Positions 10,649-19,076 of a DNA stretch of 43,770 nt are shown here, piece after piece. The notes below the pieces were generated by a model. It saw only the letters and a program-made list of their open reading frames with translations, did no database searches and was not told the DNA's origin. Made by a program: the position numbers and the translations under genes. Numbering within the stretch: the first letter of the stretch is position 1; the number at the start of each line of letters is the position of its first letter. Origin of the DNA: Candidatus Omnitrophota bacterium (lineage in GTDB: Bacteria > Omnitrophota > Gorgyraeia > Zapsychrales > JBDRMG01). The stretch covers positions 1 to 43,770 of the forward strand of contig JBDRMG010000047.1 in assembly GCA_043812495.1 (NCBI GenBank), in the 5' to 3' direction.

Positions 10649-10721
10649 AGGGACGTTGATGATTCTATGATAGTTTTGAATTGTGTAAGCTTCTAAATGT
10701 AATACTATCATCAACGTCCCT
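10649..10721. repeat. Small element bounded by 15-bp perfect inverted repeats
   Basis: AGGGACGTTGATGAT (10649-10663) / ATCATCAACGTCCCT (10707-10721). Confidence 0.8.
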
Positions 10722-10951
10722 CACTGCTTATTGACTTCTTCTACAAATATCTTATAACTCATGCCGCGGCCCAAGGCAAAACGCAAATTTTCCTTGGCAA
10801 TGATTAAAGGACCTTGAGTATTTTGCATGACTTTGATGACTTCTCCTTTGATCAGTCCCATATTTTTCAGGCGTCTTGTGAGGCCTTGACCGGCATCGAT
10901 TTTCGCAATTTTTACGCGCAGACCTTCTTTGACCAGATTTAATGGTTCCAT
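10721..10951 (-). CDS. feoA: Ferrous iron transport protein A
   Basis: 'RRLKNMGLIKG..I.V...GPLII......FALGRGMS.KI.VE' SH3-like FeoA pattern; upstream of feoB. Confidence 0.93.
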   Translation of the reverse strand: MEPLNLVKEGLRVKIAKIDAGQGLTRRLKNMGLIKGEVIKVMQNTQGPLIIAKENLRFALGRGMSYKIFVEEVNKQ

Positions 10952-10970
10952 GATTGTTTCATCCTTTTGA

Positions 10971-11381
10971 TTAACGAACCTTTTTATCCTTGCGATTTAC
11001 GGAAGCGTCGATGTTCTTGATAAACTCAAATAAACGCTGCGTTGTTTTTTCACTTAAGTGATGTTCGATTTTACAGGCATCTTCTTCGGCGACAGGCTCT
11101 TGGACTCCAAGAACCTGATGGAAAAATGTCTTGAGGACCACGTGCCGTTCGTAAAGCCTTTTAGCCGATGAAAGTCCTTTAGGGGTGAGTTTCACCAAGC
11201 CGTAAGGCTCATGCTCGATAAAACCGCTCTTTTTTAGCTTCGCAAGGGATTCAATGACCGAAGACGCCTTGACCTTTAAAAGCTGTGCCAAGTCCTTGAC
11301 GCGCACAACATCATTCTTTTGCTGGACGATCAAAACACCTTCCAGGGCATCCTCTAGCGAAGGAGACATATCGGTTATCAT
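10971..11381 (-). CDS. DtxR/MntR-family metal-dependent repressor
   Basis: 'SLEDALE...VRVKDLA..LKVKASSV...L...G.I.HEPYG.V.LT..G...A...ERH..L..F...LGV....AEEDACKIEH'; ATG at 11381 with GGAGG RBS. Confidence 0.92.
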   Translation of the reverse strand: MITDMSPSLEDALEGVLIVQQKNDVVRVKDLAQLLKVKASSVIESLAKLKKSGFIEHEPYGLVKLTPKGLSSAKRLYERHVVLKTFFHQVLGVQEPVAEEDACKIEHHLSEKTTQRLFEFIKNIDASVNRKDKKVR

Positions 11382-11395
11382 TTCGACCTCCAATC

Positions 11396-11436
11396 TTAGG
11401 TAATCCTAAGTATATTAGGTAAGCCTAACTTGTCAA
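11396..11436 (-). promoter_or_regulatory. dtxR-feoAB promoter with two tandem DtxR/MntR-type operators
   Basis: Minus strand TTGACA (11436-11431)-N16-TATACT (11414-11409); palindromes TTAGGTAATCCTAA (11396-11409) and TTAGGTAAGCCTAA (11415-11428). Confidence 0.85.
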
Positions 11437-11502
11437 GACAATTTTTGCATCGCGATACAAGAACGGAATCCATAAAATCTTGCGTTCTTCTTAATTTTAT
11501 TC

Positions 11503-11561
11503 TTGCAAAATGAAAAAAGATATGTATACTAATCTTTAATCAATTGTTCTAAATTTCACGA
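11503..11561 (+). promoter_or_regulatory. Hydrogenase operon promoter with Rex-like operator
   Basis: TTGCAA (11503-08)-N16-TATACT (11525-30); TTGTTCTAAATTTCACGA (11544-61) resembles Rex consensus TTGTGAA-N4-TTCACAA and matches the site upstream of rex. Confidence 0.7.
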
Positions 11562-11665
11562 TTCAATTATCAGACATATTGCAAAAGAAAAAGGCCTTAT
11601 TGACTTTCTCTTCATTAAAGGAACGGTGGAAGTCAATATTAGGTCTTCTTTCTCGTATAGAGAGA

Positions 11666-11704
11666 ATATTATTGACTGTTCCATTAATAAGGAAAAGACC
11701 AATA
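11666..11704. repeat. 39-bp exact copy of 1-39 within a hairpin-rich operon leader
   Basis: Direct sequence identity. Confidence 0.9.
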
Positions 11705-11775
11705 AAAGGAGATTCTGTTTGACTATTTGTTTTCATCAGGTAAGATAATTTTGACTTCCTAAAATAACCTTAAGC

Positions 11776-12831
11776 ATGTTTATCTCCGAAAATAATCTTC
11801 GAAAGCTTTTCGATAGACTTGGCCAAGACTATGATGTCTTTGTGCCTACGAAAAAAGGCGAACAACGCTTTTATAAGAAATACGCGGGATCTCTGGATGA
11901 CGTTGTTATCGGCGAGGTTAGGTCTTTTGAACCTCTCAAAGCTTTCTTTTCACGGGCGCGGGAGATTGTGGCTGAAGGTTTTCGAGATTCTGTTGTGGGA
12001 GAAGAGAGAAAACCCTTGTGTATTGTCGGAGTCAAGGCGTGCGACCTTAAAGGTTTCAAGGTCCAGGACCATGTCTTTTCCGCCCAAGGCGGATCCGCCT
12101 CTGGCGGAAAGAACCACGACGACGAAGATCCCTTTTATATTAAGAATCGTCAGGAAAATCTTATTATCAGCGCGGATTGCACGTGTGCAATCCGCACATG
12201 TTTTTGTCTCGCCGTTGACGTGAGGCCTTACCCGGAAGAGAATTTTGACCTCAATCTTTCGCAAGTTCAGGGCGGTTTTATCATTAGTGTTGGTTCGCCC
12301 AGAGGCCAGAAGATCATTGACCAAAATCCGTCATTTTTTGAAGATCATTCCAAAGCCGCGAAAAATGAACAGCAGGTTTTACGCAAAAAAGTCACCAACG
12401 AAGTCGAAGAGAACATCCAAAGGACTTCCGTTCCCCGCCAGGACCAATACGCAGGGATCATTGAAAAAGGATTTGAATCCGAGATCTGGAGCGATGAGGC
12501 CAAAACATGCGTGGAATGCGCAGCCTGCAACGCCATTTGCCCGACTTGCCATTGCTTCCTTTTGTATGATCAAAAAGACGAAGACAAAATGGCGCGTTTG
12601 CGTATTTGGGATTCCTGCATGATTAAGGATTTCGCGCGCGTGGCCGGCGGCGCCAACCCCAGACCCAAACTCTGGATGCGTTTGAGAAACAGATTTGAGA
12701 AGAAGTTTGATTTTTTTCCTAAAGTTGCCGGCGTCTATGCCTGCACGGGATGCGGCCGATGCATCACGGCCTGCCCGGCCAAAATCGATATCCGGAGAGT
12801 CTTAAAAAGATTGGTAGAATATGCACGGTAA
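11776..12831 (+). CDS. AsrA / sulfhydrogenase beta-like Fe-S subunit
   Basis: GVKACD, TCFC, CVECAACNAICPTCHCF, WDSC, CTGCGRCITACP motifs. Confidence 0.9.
   Translation: MFISENNLRKLFDRLGQDYDVFVPTKKGEQRFYKKYAGSLDDVVIGEVRSFEPLKAFFSRAREIVAEGFRDSVVGEERKPLCIVGVKACDLKGFKVQDHVFSAQGGSASGGKNHDDEDPFYIKNRQENLIISADCTCAIRTCFCLAVDVRPYPEENFDLNLSQVQGGFIISVGSPRGQKIIDQNPSFFEDHSKAAKNEQQVLRKKVTNEVEENIQRTSVPRQDQYAGIIEKGFESEIWSDEAKTCVECAACNAICPTCHCFLLYDQKDEDKMARLRIWDSCMIKDFARVAGGANPRPKLWMRLRNRFEKKFDFFPKVAGVYACTGCGRCITACPAKIDIRRVLKRLVEYAR
12079..12108. repeat. 30-bp double-hairpin palindrome inserted in frame (SAQGGSASGG)
   Basis: TCCGCC-CAA-GGCGGA followed by TCCGCC-TCT-GGCGGA; starts on a codon boundary. Confidence 0.8.
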
Positions 12832-13648
12832 AAACCCCTATCGTCCCATTAAAACCGAAGTCCTTAATGTGATCACCGAAACACCGACCATCAAGACGCT
12901 GAGATTGAAACCGGCGGAGCCCATTTCTTTCCGGACGGGACAATTCATCGAATTGACCGTTCCCGGCGCGGGCGAAGGCCCTTTTACACCGTCTTCGCGG
13001 CCGGCCGTCAAAGACGAGCTGGAAGTCACCATCATGCGCGTCGGCAAGGTCACGGAAAAGATCCATCAGCTCAAAAAAGGCGACACAGTGGGTGTGCGCG
13101 GACCCTTTGGCGCGGGGTATCCTTTGGATGAATTCAAAGGAAAAGAGATTCTGGTCGTCGGCGGCGGATGCGGTTTTGCCCCTTTACGCAGTCTCATGTA
13201 TTCGCTGTTTGATATGAGCGGCGAATTCAAGCAATTATTCTTTCGTGGAGGCTGCAAAACATCCAAGGAATTTCTTTATCGGGAAGAAATCGAAAGCTGG
13301 ACAAAAAGAAAAGACCTCAATATGAAATTGACGGTCGATCGAGCCGATGATGATAAGACATGGAAACATAATGTGGGATTGGTCACCACCATTCTCGACA
13401 AATTGGACATGGATTGCAAAAAAGGCCTCGCGATCGTATGCGGACCACCGATCATGATGAAATTTGCGACGTTTAAATTGATCGATTTAGGATTTCAGGA
13501 AAACAATATTTTTCTTTCGATGGAAAAGAACATGTCCTGCGGCATCGGCAAATGTGGACATTGCCGTATCGGTACCTATTATGCCTGCAAGGACGGCCCG
13601 GTTTTTCAATATAGCAAAATAAAGAAATTTGCGGAGATTTGGGAATGA
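12821..13648 (+). CDS. AsrB / sulfhydrogenase gamma-like FAD/NAD(P)H-binding [2Fe-2S] subunit
   Basis: GQF, RGPFG, GGGCGFAPLRS, CGPPIMM, MSCGIGKCGHC...CKDGPVF. Confidence 0.92.
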   Translation: MHGKNPYRPIKTEVLNVITETPTIKTLRLKPAEPISFRTGQFIELTVPGAGEGPFTPSSRPAVKDELEVTIMRVGKVTEKIHQLKKGDTVGVRGPFGAGYPLDEFKGKEILVVGGGCGFAPLRSLMYSLFDMSGEFKQLFFRGGCKTSKEFLYREEIESWTKRKDLNMKLTVDRADDDKTWKHNVGLVTTILDKLDMDCKKGLAIVCGPPIMMKFATFKLIDLGFQENNIFLSMEKNMSCGIGKCGHCRIGTYYACKDGPVFQYSKIKKFAEIWE

Positions 13649-13724
13649 CGTTGGCGCGCAAGCGGCAACGTCATTAGTCTAATGGAGCGAGTCCGCCATT
13701 GATTCATTGGCGGACGAGTCGAAG
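13645..13724. repeat. Clustered palindromes including a CCGCCATTG..TGGCGG REP-like unit
   Basis: ATGACGTTG...CAACGTCAT hairpin, then GTCCGCCA-TTGATTCAT-TGGCGGAC with CGAGTC repeated at both ends. Confidence 0.7.
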
Positions 13725-13751
13725 AATCAAAGGATAGAGTTAAGGGATCAT

Positions 13752-14351
13752 ATGAGCTCAAGCGCCGAACAACTTCACGATCGCAAGCTGAATCCAACCC
13801 CCCAAAAAGGTAAAGATCAAAGGCTTTATATTGACCTTGATGTCTGCGCGAGCGGCGAATGCAAAAAATGCGTTATCGAATGCAGCTATTTCTATCACAG
13901 CCCGCCTTATAAAAGTGAAGGGACGCTGTGTGTGGAAAGATTTGACAATAACGGCATCATCTCCGTGGCGGAATTAGCCGCGTACGCGCTTGTTTGCCGA
14001 CGCTGCGAAGAACCGCATTGCGTCAATGCCTGCCCGGTGGAAGCGCTCGAACAGCAACAAGATAAAGACAAAATGCTTATTCGCCATAATATGCGCTGCA
14101 TCAGCTGTAAATCCTGTTCTCACGCGTGTCCTTACGGCACGATTTATCCCGAGAATGTTCCTTATTTGATTCATATCTGCGACTTTTGTTTGGATCGAAG
14201 AGGGCAGAAAGACGAACCGCTTTGCATCAAGAGCTGCCCTTATGGCGCGCTGAGCCTCAAGGCAGGCGACGTGGAATTGGATGGAAAAACATTTTTAGTA
14301 GGCGACAATCTCATCGTTCATTCAACCCATTGGCAACAGCAAAAAGCATGA
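13752..14351 (+). CDS. Multi-[4Fe-4S] ferredoxin-like subunit (HycB/DmsB-like)
   Basis: CRRCEEPHCVNACP, CISCKSCSHACP, CDFC...CIKSCP; atypical first Cys group; ATG start chosen after AGGGA. Confidence 0.85.
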   Translation: MSSSAEQLHDRKLNPTPQKGKDQRLYIDLDVCASGECKKCVIECSYFYHSPPYKSEGTLCVERFDNNGIISVAELAAYALVCRRCEEPHCVNACPVEALEQQQDKDKMLIRHNMRCISCKSCSHACPYGTIYPENVPYLIHICDFCLDRRGQKDEPLCIKSCPYGALSLKAGDVELDGKTFLVGDNLIVHSTHWQQQKA

Positions 14352-15271
14352 TAGAAATCGCATATCTTATTGTTTACGGATTCCTTTTAACGGCTGTGAT
14401 TGGTCTTGTGGCCAGCTGGATTGACCGAAAAGTAACGGCCAGGGTTCAGTATCGCGTGGGGCCGCCTTTTTTTCAGCCCTTTATCGATATCGTCAAGCTT
14501 CTTGGAAAAGAAATGCTGATCCCTCAGGGCGCGTCAAAAATTACTTTTATCAGCGCTCCGGTCGTGGGGTTAGCCAGCGTGATTCTGGTCTCAACGCTTT
14601 TGTGGATGAACACCCTGTATGCCCCCCTGTCGTTTTTGGGAGATTTGATTGTTGTCGTTTATTTATTGACTTTGCCGTCGATAACCATCATGATGGGCGG
14701 ATTTGCTTCGGCCAATCCCTTAGCAAGTTTGGGCGCATCAAGAGAAATGAAACTCATATTGGGCTATGAACTTCCTTTTGTATTGGCAATCTTTGTTCCC
14801 GTCATCCAGGCGGGATACTCCATCCGTATTGCCGAAATTTTGAATTATCAAGCGATGGATGGCGTCGTGGCCGGCAGCTGGTCGGGCGCGCTCGCTCTCA
14901 TTGTCGCTATCATGTGCATGCAGGCCAAGTTAGGCTTTGTTCCTTTCGATATCGCTGAAGCGGAAACAGAAATCGTCTCGGGCCCCCTCATTGAATATTC
15001 CGGTCCGGCTTTAGCGATTTATCGGCTGATGAAAAACATGCTTCTTTTTACGTTGCCGTTTTTCCTTATGATTTTGTTTATGGGCGGATTGAGATTTGAC
15101 GGCATCCATCTTGTGTATGGTATTTTGAAATATATCGGATTAGTTGCGTTGATTACGGTTATCCGAAACACCAATCCCCGCGTGCGCATCGACCAGGCTG
15201 TAAGATTTTTCTGGGGCAAGATGACACTTATGGGAATTTTGGCTGTGCTTTTAGCGATTAAAGGGTATTGA
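14348..15271 (+). CDS. NuoH/MbhM-like membrane subunit of group 4 hydrogenase
   Basis: DRKVTARVQYRVGPP, DIVKLLGKE, GASRE, PFDIAEAETEIVSGPLIEYSG, RVRIDQ; ATGA overlap sets start at 14348. Confidence 0.92.
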   Translation: MIEIAYLIVYGFLLTAVIGLVASWIDRKVTARVQYRVGPPFFQPFIDIVKLLGKEMLIPQGASKITFISAPVVGLASVILVSTLLWMNTLYAPLSFLGDLIVVVYLLTLPSITIMMGGFASANPLASLGASREMKLILGYELPFVLAIFVPVIQAGYSIRIAEILNYQAMDGVVAGSWSGALALIVAIMCMQAKLGFVPFDIAEAETEIVSGPLIEYSGPALAIYRLMKNMLLFTLPFFLMILFMGGLRFDGIHLVYGILKYIGLVALITVIRNTNPRVRIDQAVRFFWGKMTLMGILAVLLAIKGY

Positions 15272-15708
15272 TGAGCATTAAATTACAGGCTTTATTAAAA
15301 TCGCCGTGGGTCTTTCATATGTCGACGGGAAGCTGCAATAATTGCGACATTGAAGTCCTCGACTGCTTAACGCCCCGTTTTGACATTGAGCGATTTGGGA
15401 TTCTTCTTGTGGGAAGCATTAAGCACGCGGATGTTCTTCTGGTCACGGGTTCCGCGAATCGAAAATGCATTCCGCGCATCAAAAAGATTTATGAACAAAT
15501 GCCCAAGCCCTGTTTGGTGGTCGCGATCGGCGAATGTTCGCTTTCTAGGGGCATGTTTATTCAGAGTTACAATTGTCCTGTGCCTGTGGACAAAATTATT
15601 CCCGTGGATGCCTATATTCCGGGGTGTCCCCCTAAACCCGAAGCGATTATTTCAGCTGTGGTAAAATTGATCACAAAAGTCCAAGAGCAAGCAAAGGCCA
15701 AAAAATGA
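15271..15708 (+). CDS. Group 4 [NiFe]-hydrogenase small subunit (NuoB/MbhJ-like)
   Basis: GSCNNCDIE, HADVLLVTG, IGEC, YIPGCPPKP (four cluster Cys). Confidence 0.93.
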   Translation: MSIKLQALLKSPWVFHMSTGSCNNCDIEVLDCLTPRFDIERFGILLVGSIKHADVLLVTGSANRKCIPRIKKIYEQMPKPCLVVAIGECSLSRGMFIQSYNCPVPVDKIIPVDAYIPGCPPKPEAIISAVVKLITKVQEQAKAKK

Positions 15709-16178
15709 CAAAAGGCGAAATTTTACAAGATTTAGGGATACGTTTTAAGGATGATATTATTGATATTTTCGATAAATCTCCAAAAAGGGTTTATATCGAG
15801 ATCAACCCCAAGTCCATCAAAAAAATTGCCCAATATGTTTTTAAAGACTTAGAAGCGCGATTCAATATCGCCTCCTGTGTTGACGTGCGGACCCATTTTG
15901 AAATTTTATATCACTTTACCATCGAACCCATAAATCTTTTGATTTCCTTTCGCGTTAAATTAGACAGAGAAAAACCCGAAATCGATTCATTGACCTTTTT
16001 GATGAAAGGGGCGGATTGGATCGAGCGCGAAATGTGGGAAATGCTCGGTATCAACTTTATCGGCCATGCGGACCTGAAGCGTTTGCTTTTGCCCGACGAA
16101 TGGCCGCAAGGCGTGTATCCTTTGCGCCGTGATTACAAGGAATGGGATGACTCCGCCGTGAGAGATAGAGGAGTGTAA
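15705..16178 (+). CDS. NuoC/MbhK-like subunit
   Basis: ADWIEREMWEMLGINFIGH.DLKRLLLPDEW...YPLRRD. Confidence 0.92.
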   Translation: MTKGEILQDLGIRFKDDIIDIFDKSPKRVYIEINPKSIKKIAQYVFKDLEARFNIASCVDVRTHFEILYHFTIEPINLLISFRVKLDREKPEIDSLTFLMKGADWIEREMWEMLGINFIGHADLKRLLLPDEWPQGVYPLRRDYKEWDDSAVRDRGV

Positions 16179-16184
16179 AAGTGA

Positions 16185-16237
16185 TCAGCTATCAGTCGTC
16201 AGCTTTCAGAAACTGACAGCTGAAGGCTGAAAGCTGA
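16185..16237. repeat. Heptamer-periodic palindromic array
   Basis: TCAGCTA-TCAGTCG-TCAGCTT-TCAG / CTGA-CAGCTGA-AGGCTGA-AAGCTGA. Confidence 0.8.
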
Positions 16238-16247
16238 AAACTTGCTT

Positions 16248-17423
16248 ATGAGCAGAACAATAGTACCCATAGGACCGTATCACCCGCTGCAGGAAGAGCC
16301 GGAGTTTTTCGAGCTCACCGTTGAAGGCGAAAAGATCGTCGATATCAACGTTCAAATCGGCTACAACCACAGAGGCATCGAGAAGCTTTCGGAAATGAAA
16401 ACCTTCGATCAATCGACCTTTGTGATTGAGCGTATTTGCGGGATTTGCTCAACGAGCCATCCCTTTGCCTACACACAGGCCGTGGAAGATATTATCCCGA
16501 TGGATGTGCCCGAGCGCGCGAAGTTTATCCGCACGATTATCGGCGAAGGTGAACGCATCCATTCGCATCTTCTCTGGCTTGGCCTGGCCGGTCACTTTTT
16601 AGGTTACAATACGGTCTATATGTGGGCTTGGAAACTGCGTGAAGAGATTCTGGATGTCATGGAAATACTTTCCGGCAATAGAAATAATTACGGCATGTTT
16701 AAACCCGGCGGCGTCCGGCGTGACATTAAAAAAGAAGATATTCCAGTTGTTCTCAAAAAGATTGATAGCATTGTTCCGACGTTGGATATGCTTCTTAAAG
16801 CGGTCACGGATGATCCTGTTTTGCATGCCCGCACCAAAGGCGTAGGCGTTCTGACCAAAGAAGACGCCATTAGCTATTCGGCTTTGGGTCCGACAGCCAG
16901 GGCTTCGGGGATAGCCAAAGATGTGCGCAAAGACGCTCCTTATGCGGCTTATGATCGCGTGGATTGGAAAATGATCGTCACAGAAAACGGCGATGTTTTT
17001 GACAAGGTGGCTGTGCGGATTCTTGAGATGTACGAATCGATTAAAATTCTTAAATACTGTTTAACAAATCTACCAGCGGGCGAGATCGACGCGAACATCA
17101 AAGACATTCCTCCCGGCGAAGGCATCGGAGCGCATGAAGCGCCCCGCGGGGAAGTCTTTCATTATGTACGCTCGGACGGCACCAACCGTCCCGCGCGTCA
17201 TAAAGTGCGCGCGCCGACCTTTATGAATCTGCCGACTTATAAATCGACGGTTGTAGGCGAAACCATTTCGGATGCCACGATTATTTTAGCGGCCATTGAT
17301 CCCTGCTATTGCTGCACGGAACGCATGGCCGTGCGCGATACCAAGGGCAAAAAACTTTATAACGGCGAAGACTTAGTCCGGCTTTCGCAGGAAAAGACCG
17401 AAAAAATAAGGAAGAAAATTTAA
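16248..17423 (+). CDS. Group 4 [NiFe]-hydrogenase large (catalytic) subunit
   Basis: GPYHP, HRGIEK, L1 ERICGICSTSH, EAPRGE, RAPT, L2 DPCYCCTER followed by a cleavable C-terminal extension. Confidence 0.95.
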   Translation: MSRTIVPIGPYHPLQEEPEFFELTVEGEKIVDINVQIGYNHRGIEKLSEMKTFDQSTFVIERICGICSTSHPFAYTQAVEDIIPMDVPERAKFIRTIIGEGERIHSHLLWLGLAGHFLGYNTVYMWAWKLREEILDVMEILSGNRNNYGMFKPGGVRRDIKKEDIPVVLKKIDSIVPTLDMLLKAVTDDPVLHARTKGVGVLTKEDAISYSALGPTARASGIAKDVRKDAPYAAYDRVDWKMIVTENGDVFDKVAVRILEMYESIKILKYCLTNLPAGEIDANIKDIPPGEGIGAHEAPRGEVFHYVRSDGTNRPARHKVRAPTFMNLPTYKSTVVGETISDATIILAAIDPCYCCTERMAVRDTKGKKLYNGEDLVRLSQEKTEKIRKKI

Positions 17424-19075
17424 TGTTTGGCGGCGAACTGTTTAAAATCGATAATCTTTCAACTTTTATAGGGATCTTTATTGTCTTCTTCTCTGCCTTG
17501 ACCATCCTTTATTCTTCGGGTTTCATGCAAAAGAAGAAGGGTCTGCTGCGTTATTATCTATATATCGTTTTAACGACTCTTGCATCTGTCGGCGCTGTTT
17601 TTGCCAATAATCTTATTTTGCTGATAGTTTTCTGGGGATTTTTAGGACTTCTTCTTTATCTTTTAATCGGCTTTGGGGAGAAAGAAAGGACCTCTGATAC
17701 AGCTAAGAAGGCATTTATTATTATTGGAGGCACGGATGCCTTGATGCTATTAGGGTTGACTTTTGTATGGCATCTGACAAATTCATTTCTAATGAATGAA
17801 ATGAGCATAAAATTAGATTCTCGCATTGCCGTCTGGGCTTATCTGTGTCTAGCAGCTGGCGCATTTGCCAAGGCTGGGGCCATGCCGTTTCATACATGGG
17901 TTCCAGATACAGCAGAAGATGCGCCTACACCTGTTGCGGCCTTTTTACCGGCTTCTCTTGATAAACTTCTAGGAATATATTTCCTTGCAAGAATCTCACT
18001 GGATGTATTTCAGATGGACGCAAGCATGAATACATTTTTAATGGCATTGGGGAGCTTTACAATCATTGCTGCTGTTATGATGGCTCTTGTGCAGCATGAT
18101 TTAAAACGACTTTTGGGATATCATGCGGTTAGTCAAGTGGGATATATGATTTTAGGCATCGGAACAGGAAATCCGATTGGCATCGCAGGCGGTCTATTTC
18201 ATATGCTCAACAATGCCGTTTATAAATCATGCCTCTTCTTTTCCGGCGGTGCCGTGGAAAGAAAAACCGGTACAACCGATTTAGATAAGCTGGGTGGATT
18301 TGCGAAAATTATGCCGATAACATTTACAGCCTTTTTGATTGCGTCCTTGGCTATCTCGGGCATTCCACCCTTAAATGGTTTTGCCTCCAAATGGATGATT
18401 TATCAAGGCATTATTAAAGCAGGACGTACAGGTCACTCTCTTTGGATTATCTGGCTTTTGGCCGCTATGTTCGGGAGCGCCCTGACACTGGCAAGCTTTA
18501 TGAAGCTGATTCATGCCGTATTTCTCGGGCAATCGGCCAAAGAAAGAATGATCAAAGACGATCAACCGCAGGAGACGTCTTTTTCCATGTGGTTTCCGTC
18601 TGGCATCCTTGCCTTTCTTTGTGTTGTTTTCGGCGTATTCGCCTACAGAATACCTCTTCAAATGTATATATTTCCGAGTTTAAACCAGTCCGTGTATTTT
18701 GGCGGCGTATGGAATGCGAGCCTAGCGACGGTTCTCCTATTGATTGGTATCGTCATCGGTTTTATTATTTATCTTCTTGGGGCCGCGACAAAGTCACGGC
18801 AAGTAGAACCCTTTGTTGGCGGAGAAGATTTGAGCAAGCATCCGGATATGAGGCTATCGGGAACAGGATTTTACAACACGATTCAGGACATTGGTTTACT
18901 CAAAGGGATTTATGCCTTGGCCGAGAAAAAGTTTTTTGATATTTATGAGGTGGGCAGCAAAATAACATTTGGGCTCAACAAAATGCTACGGTATATTCAT
19001 AACGGCGTGCTGCCCACGTATTTATCCTGGTGCCTGTTGGGGATGTTGATCCTCTTTTGGGTTTTGTTTACATAA
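17423..19075 (+). CDS. NuoL/MrpA-like ion-translocating subunit
   Basis: KAGAMPFHTWVPD..EDAPTP, KRLLGYHAVSQVGY, FHMLNNAVYKSCLF, LGG, SGIPPLNGFASKW. Confidence 0.9.
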   Translation: MFGGELFKIDNLSTFIGIFIVFFSALTILYSSGFMQKKKGLLRYYLYIVLTTLASVGAVFANNLILLIVFWGFLGLLLYLLIGFGEKERTSDTAKKAFIIIGGTDALMLLGLTFVWHLTNSFLMNEMSIKLDSRIAVWAYLCLAAGAFAKAGAMPFHTWVPDTAEDAPTPVAAFLPASLDKLLGIYFLARISLDVFQMDASMNTFLMALGSFTIIAAVMMALVQHDLKRLLGYHAVSQVGYMILGIGTGNPIGIAGGLFHMLNNAVYKSCLFFSGGAVERKTGTTDLDKLGGFAKIMPITFTAFLIASLAISGIPPLNGFASKWMIYQGIIKAGRTGHSLWIIWLLAAMFGSALTLASFMKLIHAVFLGQSAKERMIKDDQPQETSFSMWFPSGILAFLCVVFGVFAYRIPLQMYIFPSLNQSVYFGGVWNASLATVLLLIGIVIGFIIYLLGAATKSRQVEPFVGGEDLSKHPDMRLSGTGFYNTIQDIGLLKGIYALAEKKFFDIYEVGSKITFGLNKMLRYIHNGVLPTYLSWCLLGMLILFWVLFT

Positions 19076-19076
19076 T

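Noticed and set aside
11776..13648. Anaerobic sulfite reductase or soluble group 3b hydrogenase
   Set aside because: No AsrC siroheme subunit and no group 3b alpha/delta subunits in the window.
14126..14347. N-terminal extension of the NuoH-like ORF (similar extensions at 27372, 29904, 38345)
   Set aside because: Overlaps the upstream gene; downstream ATGs coupled to or just after the upstream stop codons give family-typical starts.
17560..18450. Possible recombined patch with more AT-rich codon usage in the NuoL-like gene
   Set aside because: Visual impression only; could reflect hydrophobic amino-acid bias and cannot be quantified without computation.
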